Origin: Alphaproteobacteria bacterium | Lineage (GTDB): Bacteria > Pseudomonadota > Alphaproteobacteria > CACIAM-22H2 | Reading direction: 5' to 3' | Length of the DNA: 64,000 bases | Assembly: GCA_016124335.1 (NCBI GenBank) | Contig: WGNX01000004.1 | Location: 144,418 to 208,417 of the forward strand | Shown here: piece by piece, positions 57,839 through 64,000 of the stretch | Layout: each line of letters starts with the position of its first letter | Position numbering within the stretch: the stretch's first letter is position 1 | Translations under genes and position numbers: made by a program | The notes under the pieces: model-generated | The model's database searches: none | What the model was told of the DNA's origin: nothing | What the model saw: only the letters and a program-made list of their open reading frames with translations

Positions 57839-58714
57839 ATGAAAAGCAAGTCGAGAATTCTTCGCGAAAAGATGTCGGAAACCGGTCTTGCGAAAATTAT
57901 GGCGACGCACAGCCCCCTATCCGGCCGCTTGGCGATGGAAGCGGGATTTGACGGGCTATGGGCATCCGGGTTCGAGCTTTCGGCACTTTACGGGCTTCCA
58001 GACGTCAGCCTGATATCGATGACACAGCATCTCGATATGATGCGGTCCATCGTCGAAAAAGTTGATCTGCCCGTCGTTGCAGACATCGATACGGGATTTG
58101 GAAACGCTATCAACGTCATCCATGCCGTTCAGCAATACGAGCGCGCTGGCGCAGCGGCCGTCGTCATCGAAGACAAATCGTTCCCGAAGGTAACCAGCCT
58201 CATCGCGGGCGGACGCCAAGATTTGCTGAGAATCGAGGAATTCCAAGGAAAGATCGATGCCGCGTGCCAGACGAGACGTGATCCGGATTTTCTCGTCATC
58301 GCACGTGACGAGGCACTGATCGCGGGTCTTGGCCAAGACGAGGCACTTCGTCGATCTGCGGCCTATGAAGCGGCCGGCGCGGATATGATCCTAATTCACT
58401 CGAAGCAAACGACGCCCGACGAAATCGTGGCTTTCTCTCGTGCCTGGAATGGGACAGTGCCGCTCGTCATCGTTCCGACGGCTTATCCCCAGATGACGGA
58501 TACGCAGATCCGGAATCTCGGCAACATCCGAATGGTCATCTACGGAAACCATGCGATCCGGGCATCGGTTGCCGCGATGAAAGAGACCTTCGCGGCAATT
58601 CTTCGGGATGGCGGCAGCCAGATTGCCGATGCGCAAATAGCGCCCGTTGACGAGATCTTCCGACTTCAGGACATGGATCAGGTCAAGAAGAACGAAAAGA
58701 AATTCCTGCGCTAG
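57839..58714 (+). CDS. PEP mutase/isocitrate-lyase superfamily enzyme, phosphonopyruvate-hydrolase-like
   Basis: 291 aa. GFDGLWASGFELSA, ADIDTGFGN, VIEDKSFPKVTSL (Thr where PEP mutases have Asn), IARDEALIAG, ILIHSK, YGNHAIRAS. Confidence 0.8.
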   Translation: MKSKSRILREKMSETGLAKIMATHSPLSGRLAMEAGFDGLWASGFELSALYGLPDVSLISMTQHLDMMRSIVEKVDLPVVADIDTGFGNAINVIHAVQQYERAGAAAVVIEDKSFPKVTSLIAGGRQDLLRIEEFQGKIDAACQTRRDPDFLVIARDEALIAGLGQDEALRRSAAYEAAGADMILIHSKQTTPDEIVAFSRAWNGTVPLVIVPTAYPQMTDTQIRNLGNIRMVIYGNHAIRASVAAMKETFAAILRDGGSQIADAQIAPVDEIFRLQDMDQVKKNEKKFLR

Positions 58715-59622
58715 CGTCGCGGTCCTTCGAGAAGGGCCCGCTGATTTTTGGCCTCGTTCACGACGAAATCGGCAACGGTACGAAGGCGAGCCAATTCGCG
58801 TACGTCGCGATGGTAGACGAGCCACAAGTCGCGTGAAATGACTTGCCTTGGACCGAGAAGACGGACCAGCCGCTTGTCACGCTCCGCCATATAGCTGGGA
58901 AGCACGCCCGCACCGATGCCGCCGACAACGGCCGCGTATTGGCTGACGAGCGAGTTGCTCACGAAGACCGGGCGCGCACCGACCGCGGCGCATGCGGCGG
59001 ATAGCCAGCGAGTTGCACCAAATTCCGCTCCCGTGTCGTCGAAGCCGACGACAGGATGCATGTCCGGCTCGAAATTTCCGGGTTCCAGCCCGAACTTCCG
59101 GCAAAAGGCCTTTGACGCATAGACGCCATAGCCAACCGATGCGACTACCCGCGTGACGAGTGATCCACCCTCGGGGCGCGCCATGCGCAGCGCCATATCG
59201 GCCTCGCGCCGGGCGAGACTAAGATTGGAATTGTCCGCGACGACCTCGACCCGCAATCCCGGGTATCGCGACATCAACCTCGGAAGCGTGGGCACGAGAA
59301 ACTCCGAACAGAGTGTTTCAGTCGATGTGATGCGCAGCGTTCCGGCGATCTGCGCGTCTCCACCACCGCCACGGCGGATCAGCGCATCCGCAGCGACCTC
59401 CATGTCTTCGGCAAGCGCCCGGATTTCGGCCCCGCGCGAGGTCGCCACATAGCCGTCTCGAGATCTGTCAAAAAGCCGGCTGCCGAGCGAGCGCTCGAGC
59501 ACATTGATGCGCCGTCCGACCGTGGTGTGTTCCACGCCGAGCTGCCGCGATGCCGCCGACAGGCTTCCGGCACGGCAAACCGCGAGAAAATACGAGATGT
59601 CGTTCCAATCGATTCGATCCAT
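58711..59622 (-). CDS. LysR-family transcriptional regulator
   Basis: 303 aa. MDRIDWNDISYFLAVCRAGSLSAASRQLGVEHTTVGRRINVLE. Its stop shares CTAG with the convergent upstream gene. Confidence 0.9.
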   Translation of the reverse strand: MDRIDWNDISYFLAVCRAGSLSAASRQLGVEHTTVGRRINVLERSLGSRLFDRSRDGYVATSRGAEIRALAEDMEVAADALIRRGGGGDAQIAGTLRITSTETLCSEFLVPTLPRLMSRYPGLRVEVVADNSNLSLARREADMALRMARPEGGSLVTRVVASVGYGVYASKAFCRKFGLEPGNFEPDMHPVVGFDDTGAEFGATRWLSAACAAVGARPVFVSNSLVSQYAAVVGGIGAGVLPSYMAERDKRLVRLLGPRQVISRDLWLVYHRDVRELARLRTVADFVVNEAKNQRALLEGPRR

Positions 59623-59629
59623 GTTTTAT

Positions 59630-59645
59630 TGTGCATAAATGCACA
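59630..59645. promoter_or_regulatory. Candidate LysR-type operator: 7-bp perfect inverted repeat in the divergent lysR/DMT intergenic region
   Basis: TGTGCAT-AA-ATGCACA, 8 nt upstream of the lysR ATG. GCACATCAA recurs as a direct repeat at 59641-59649 and 59674-59682 (33-bp spacing). Confidence 0.5.
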
Positions 59646-59726
59646 TCAATTTTGCAAGTTATATCGTTTATTCGCACATCAAACACCCATAACCTCCGGA
59701 ACATCGACATCGAACCGGAGCCGACA

Positions 59727-60692
59727 ATGGCCGTCGTTCACAGCTTTCCCCGTTTCACGATGCCGCGTGCCACCACCACACCGACGATCGCGCCGAGCCG
59801 CGATCGAAGCTTTGTCTATGGTGTTGCCGGTGGAATACTTGCGGCATTCCTCTACGGAGGATGGGCCGTCGTATCGCGACTTGGCACGCTTGGATCGCTG
59901 GATCCATTCGACCTTGCGTTCCTCCGGTTTGCCGTTGCCGGCCTTGTCCTGCTTCCCGTCGTCATATCGCAGCGTTTCACGCGACTAGGCTATGCAGGAA
60001 TTTCCTGGTCCAGACTTGCCGCTTTGACCATCTTTTCGGGCCTGCCATATGGCCTTCTTGTCTATGTCGGCTATGGCATGACACCGGCCGGCCATGGCGC
60101 TGTCCTCTTGCCAGGTGCGATCGTTATTTTTTCGGCGTTCTTCGCCGCGCGGTACCTCGGGGACACCATTCGGGGTCTTCGGCTGGCCGGCCTCGTCGCC
60201 GTCCTCGCGGGAATAGTAACGCTTGGTGGCGGCAGCTTCGCACACGGTGCTCCGGAACAATTGCGCGGACACTTGATGTTCGTCGCAGCGGGCGGATTTT
60301 GGGCCGCGTTCACCGTATCGGCCCGTGCATGGCGCGTTCCGCCGGTTGCCACGACCGCTTTCGTAACCGTCGTATCGGCAGTCGCCTATGCCCCCCTCTA
60401 TCTTTTCGGTGCGGGCTTGCGGATTTTTGACCAACCGCTGGCACCACTTCTGCTCCAGGCGGGTTATCAGGGTATTGCGGTCGGCGTGGTGGCCGTCATC
60501 GTCTACACCAAGGTCGTCGGCTGGTTAGGTGCGACACGTGCCTCCGCATTTACGGCGCTGGTGCCGGCAATCGCGACCGTCCTTGCCTCGTCGATTCTGG
60601 GCGAACATGTCACCTTTGCGGCGATGGCAGGGCTTGCACTCGTGTCGATGGGTATGGTTGCGAGCGTCGCAACCGGTTTCGGAAGAAATTGA
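59727..60692 (+). CDS. DMT-superfamily (EamA-like) transporter
   Basis: 321 aa from ATG 59727. About 10 TM segments, two EamA-like halves. The track ORF start at 59550 overlaps the lysR gene and is rejected. Confidence 0.85.
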   Translation: MAVVHSFPRFTMPRATTTPTIAPSRDRSFVYGVAGGILAAFLYGGWAVVSRLGTLGSLDPFDLAFLRFAVAGLVLLPVVISQRFTRLGYAGISWSRLAALTIFSGLPYGLLVYVGYGMTPAGHGAVLLPGAIVIFSAFFAARYLGDTIRGLRLAGLVAVLAGIVTLGGGSFAHGAPEQLRGHLMFVAAGGFWAAFTVSARAWRVPPVATTAFVTVVSAVAYAPLYLFGAGLRIFDQPLAPLLLQAGYQGIAVGVVAVIVYTKVVGWLGATRASAFTALVPAIATVLASSILGEHVTFAAMAGLALVSMGMVASVATGFGRN

Positions 60693-60712
60693 AGCGCGAC
60701 CTAGCGCTTCAA
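60689..60712. terminator. Hairpin spanning the convergent stop codons of the DMT transporter and gor genes
   Basis: TTGAAGCGC-gaccta-GCGCTTCAA (9-bp perfect arms), followed by CTTTTCAC on the plus strand. Confidence 0.4.
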
Positions 60713-62062
60713 CTTTTCACGCATCAGCACGAATTCTTCCGCAGCGGTCGGATGAATCGCGACAGTCCGATCGAAGTCCCTCTTTGCAAGACCCGCCCGA
60801 ACCGCAATCGCGATCCCCTGGATGATCTCTGGCGCATCGGCTCCAACCATGTGTACGCCTCGAACGCGACCCGTGGATGATTCGACCACTAGCTTCATCA
60901 TGGTTCGTTCGTCACGCCCTGAAATCGTGTGCTTCATCGGACGAAATGTCGCCTTGTACACGTCGGTACCGTCGGCACCATAAAGCCGCACCGCATCCCC
61001 TTCGGAAATTCCGACCGTTCCGACGGGCGGCTGACTGAAGACGGCGGAGGGAATGTCGGAATGATCCATCGCGGTCGGATTGGAATTGAAAAGCGTTTCG
61101 GCGACCGCTCTTCCTTCGGCAATGGCAACCGGAGTCAGGTTCACCCGATTCGTGACGTCACCAATCGCGTAGATTCCGGGAACTGTCGTGCATTGCCATT
61201 CATCGACCGGAATCCCCCCGCTCTTGTCGGTGTGAACGCCAACCGCCTCCAGTCCCAAATCGTGCGTGTTTGGCGTACGTCCCGTCGCATACATGATGCA
61301 ATCGGCTTCGTGCGCCCTACCGTCCGACAGGACGATGCGATCGCCAGTCTTCACTCTCTCAATTCTAGCCACATTGGCGCCTGCGTGAATTTCGATGCCC
61401 TGCTTGAGCAGTTCGGCAGTCAAATGATCGCGCACATCGTCGTCAAACCCGCGGAGGATTTTCTCGCCGCGTATGAAGATCTGAACGCTTGCACCGGCGG
61501 CGCGAAATATGCCGGCAAACTCCACAGCGATATATCCACCGCCGACAATGATGACCCGCCTGGGAAACTCGACGAGATCAAGCGCCTCATTTGACGTGAT
61601 GGAATGCTCGATCCCGGGGATATCCGGTCTTTCCGGCCGGCCACCGGTAGCGAGCAGTATATATTTCGCCGTCACTGTTCGCCCGGCAACTTCGACCGCA
61701 TTGGGCCCGACTATTCGCGCGCGCCCGAGAATTGCCTCGACGCCCGCGCCGGAGAGGAGGCTCTTGTAAATGCCCTCCAAGCGGTCTGTTTCGCGATTCT
61801 TCGCCGCAATGAGCTTTCCCCAATCGAGGCGGCCTTCCACAGTCCAGCCATAGCCTCGCGCGTCTTCCATTTCGTGGGCGAAATGCGCGCCGTAGATAAG
61901 CAGCTTTTTTGGTACGCAGCCGCGCAGCACGCACGTTCCACCAATGCGCCAGTCCTCGGCGATGGCAACCTTAGCGCCGTAGCTTGCCGCGCGCCGCGAC
62001 CCGGCAACACCGCCCGAACCCGCACCGATCGTGAAAAGATCGTAGTCGTATGGGCCCGGCAT
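60701..62062 (-). CDS. gor: Glutathione-disulfide reductase
   Basis: 453 aa. FTIGAGSGG FAD motif, redox disulfide GGTCVLRGCVPKK, C-terminal HPTAAEEFV. Confidence 0.9.
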   Translation of the reverse strand: MPGPYDYDLFTIGAGSGGVAGSRRAASYGAKVAIAEDWRIGGTCVLRGCVPKKLLIYGAHFAHEMEDARGYGWTVEGRLDWGKLIAAKNRETDRLEGIYKSLLSGAGVEAILGRARIVGPNAVEVAGRTVTAKYILLATGGRPERPDIPGIEHSITSNEALDLVEFPRRVIIVGGGYIAVEFAGIFRAAGASVQIFIRGEKILRGFDDDVRDHLTAELLKQGIEIHAGANVARIERVKTGDRIVLSDGRAHEADCIMYATGRTPNTHDLGLEAVGVHTDKSGGIPVDEWQCTTVPGIYAIGDVTNRVNLTPVAIAEGRAVAETLFNSNPTAMDHSDIPSAVFSQPPVGTVGISEGDAVRLYGADGTDVYKATFRPMKHTISGRDERTMMKLVVESSTGRVRGVHMVGADAPEIIQGIAIAVRAGLAKRDFDRTVAIHPTAAEEFVLMREKLKR

Positions 62063-62066
62063 CAGT

Positions 62067-63554
62067 TCACAATCCGCCCATGCAGAGGTATTTGACCTCC
62101 ATGAACTCGTCGAGGCCGTACTTCGAGCCTTCGCGACCGATGCCAGATTCCTTTACGCCACCGAAGGGGGCGACTTCAGTCGTGATCAGACCGGTATTGA
62201 TGCCGACCATGCCGTATTCAAGCGCCTCGGCAACACGCCAGACGCGCCCGATGTCGCGGCCATAGAAATACGCCGCCAAACCGAATTCCGTGTCGTTCGC
62301 GAGTTTGATCGCGTCCGCTTCCGTCTTGAACCGGAACAACGGCGACAACGGACCAAACGTCTCTTCTTTTGCCACTGCCATTGCCGACGTCACGTCCCGC
62401 AGGATCGACAATTCGAAGAAGTTGCCGCCAAGTGCATGACGCTTGCCGCCAAGCAGAATCTTCGCACCTTTGCCAACAGCGTCCTGCACGTGCCGCTCGA
62501 CCTTTTCGACCGCTTTCGCGTTGATAAGGGGGCCGTTCGTTGCCCCTGCTTCCGTGCCAGGCGCCACCTTCAGCTTCCCGACGGCTACGGCAAGCTTCTC
62601 GGCGAATGCGTCGTAAACCCCGTCTTGAACGTAAAACCGGTTCGCGCAAACGCAAGTCTGGCCACTGTTGCGGTATTTAGAAATGATTGCCCCTTCGACG
62701 GCGGCATCCAAGTCGGCGTCATCAAACACGATGAACGGCGCGTTACCGCCCAATTCGAGGGAAACCTTCTTCACTGTCGGCGCGCACTGTGCCATCAGCA
62801 GCTTCCCGACCGGGGTCGAGCCGGTGAAGCCGATCTTGCGGACGATCGGATTGCCGGTCAGTTCCTTCCCGATGGCAGGGGCATCGCCCGTAACGATATT
62901 GAAGACTCCTTTTGGCACCCCTGCACGCTCGGCCAGTTCTGCCAGTGCGAATGCCGAATAGGGCGTGAATTCGGACGGCTTCAGTACGACCGTGCAACCG
63001 GCAGCAATGGCCGGACCCGCCTTGCGGGTAATCATGCTCGACGGAAAGTTCCACGGCGTGATTGCCCCAACGACGCCGATCGGCTCCTTTACGACGACGA
63101 GCCGGCGGTCCGGAAATGTCGTCGGAATGGTTTCGCCGTATGCCCGCTTGGCCTCCTCGCCAAACCATTCGAGATATGCCGCGCCGATTGTGATTTCGCC
63201 TTTTGCTTCGGCAAGCACTTTGCCCTGCTCGGTCGTCATCAACAGCGCCAGATCGTCGATGTTCGCGAGCATCAAGTCCGCCCATCGGCGCATGATGGCT
63301 GCCCGATCTTTACCGGTCTTTTTTCGCCAGGCCGGCAAGGCCGCGTTTGCCGCTTCGATCGCCCGCTTGGTCTCGGCGGCACCCATAAAAGGCGTTGTCC
63401 CGATCGCCCTTCCTGTCGCCGGGTTTTCGACGCCAATCGTCCTCTTCCCGTCAGCATCGACCCAAACGCCATCGATATAAGCTTGCTGGCGGAAGAGTTT
63501 CTGGTCTTTCAGGGGAATGCCGGTAAGTCCGGCAGCGACAGCGGGCTCGGCCAT
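62067..63554 (-). CDS. gabD: NAD(P)+-dependent succinate-semialdehyde dehydrogenase
   Basis: 495 aa. ALDH motifs VSLELGGNAP and NSGQTCVCANRF. Overall GabD-like N-terminus QQAYIDGVWVDA. Confidence 0.85.
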   Translation of the reverse strand: MAEPAVAAGLTGIPLKDQKLFRQQAYIDGVWVDADGKRTIGVENPATGRAIGTTPFMGAAETKRAIEAANAALPAWRKKTGKDRAAIMRRWADLMLANIDDLALLMTTEQGKVLAEAKGEITIGAAYLEWFGEEAKRAYGETIPTTFPDRRLVVVKEPIGVVGAITPWNFPSSMITRKAGPAIAAGCTVVLKPSEFTPYSAFALAELAERAGVPKGVFNIVTGDAPAIGKELTGNPIVRKIGFTGSTPVGKLLMAQCAPTVKKVSLELGGNAPFIVFDDADLDAAVEGAIISKYRNSGQTCVCANRFYVQDGVYDAFAEKLAVAVGKLKVAPGTEAGATNGPLINAKAVEKVERHVQDAVGKGAKILLGGKRHALGGNFFELSILRDVTSAMAVAKEETFGPLSPLFRFKTEADAIKLANDTEFGLAAYFYGRDIGRVWRVAEALEYGMVGINTGLITTEVAPFGGVKESGIGREGSKYGLDEFMEVKYLCMGGL

Positions 63555-63632
63555 TGGGGATGCTCTCCGTGCTGATGCGGCAATCGCAAGATATTAGGTA
63601 CATGGCGGCTCGAGTAAAAGGGGGGCGCCGCG

Positions 63633-64000
63633 CTACTCCACCGTAACGCTCTTTGCAAGATTGCGCGGCTTGTCAACGTCCGTCCCCTTGAGCAACGCGA
63701 CGTAGTAGGCCAGCAACTGGACGGGAATCGAATAAAGGATCGGCGTCACGAACGGATCGCTCTCGGGCAACTCGATCGCCGCTACGGCGAGTGATCCGAG
63801 TTTGTCGATCCCTTTCCTGTCGGCAAACAGGATGACCTGGCCACCGCGCGCACGCACTTCCTGGACATTCGAAGCCGTCTTTTCGAACCATTCGTCCGTC
63901 GGCGCGAGGATAATCACCGGAACGTCCGAAGCAATCAGCGCGATCGGGCCATGCTTCATCTCGCCGGCCGCGTAACCTTCCGCATGGATGTAGCTTATCT
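63633..64000 (-). CDS. glmS: Glutamine--fructose-6-phosphate aminotransferase, C-terminal fragment (5' part beyond window end)
   Basis: The ORF is open to the window edge. SIS-domain C-terminus ...KHGPIALI...[36 protein letters not shown] is the conserved GlmS tail. Confidence 0.9.
   Translation of the reverse strand, partial: [121 protein letters not shown]

Overview
GC-rich (about 60-65% by eye), gene-dense chromosomal segment. It is almost certainly from an alphaproteobacterium: it has a DUF1476/zeta ATPase-inhibitor gene, the order purC-purS-purQ-purL-bolA-grxD, and very frequent ATGA start/stop overlaps. I can support about 63 protein-coding genes and one tRNA-Leu(UAA). I saw no rRNA, CRISPR array, transposase, integrase or phage genes. 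Most of the window is housekeeping: purB/C/S/Q/L, rpsD, cysS-gltX, nadE, class II DAHP synthase, cimA, rimO, map, kup, gor, gabD and the glmS 3' end. There is also a peptidoglycan 3-3 cross-link module (mepA, mepK-like, ldtD-like). Many long ORFs in the six-frame track are antisense or 5'-extended artefacts typical of high-GC DNA, so I trimmed starts where a conserved N-terminus and an in-frame ATG/GTG were visible. Stretches worth a second look: (1) 20.2-27.0 kb, a run of six poorly characterised genes between kup and rimO. It contains a rhomboid protease coupled to a degenerate Dam-like methyltransferase homologue, a SAM methyltransferase with a PqqD/RRE-like C-terminus, a deacetylase, and a tail-anchored pseudokinase coupled to a 4-TM protein. 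(2) 32.8-34.7 kb, a cobalt-type nitrile-hydratase-like locus with a split beta subunit. The N-terminal half of beta is fused in frame to an isochorismatase-like domain (Cys-to-Ser at the nucleophile position), the alpha subunit has a His-rich N-terminus, and there is no activator gene. (3) 57.8-58.7 kb, an orphan PEP-mutase-superfamily gene that looks more like phosphonopyruvate hydrolase than a mutase. All functional calls come from motif recognition by eye. No database search was run.
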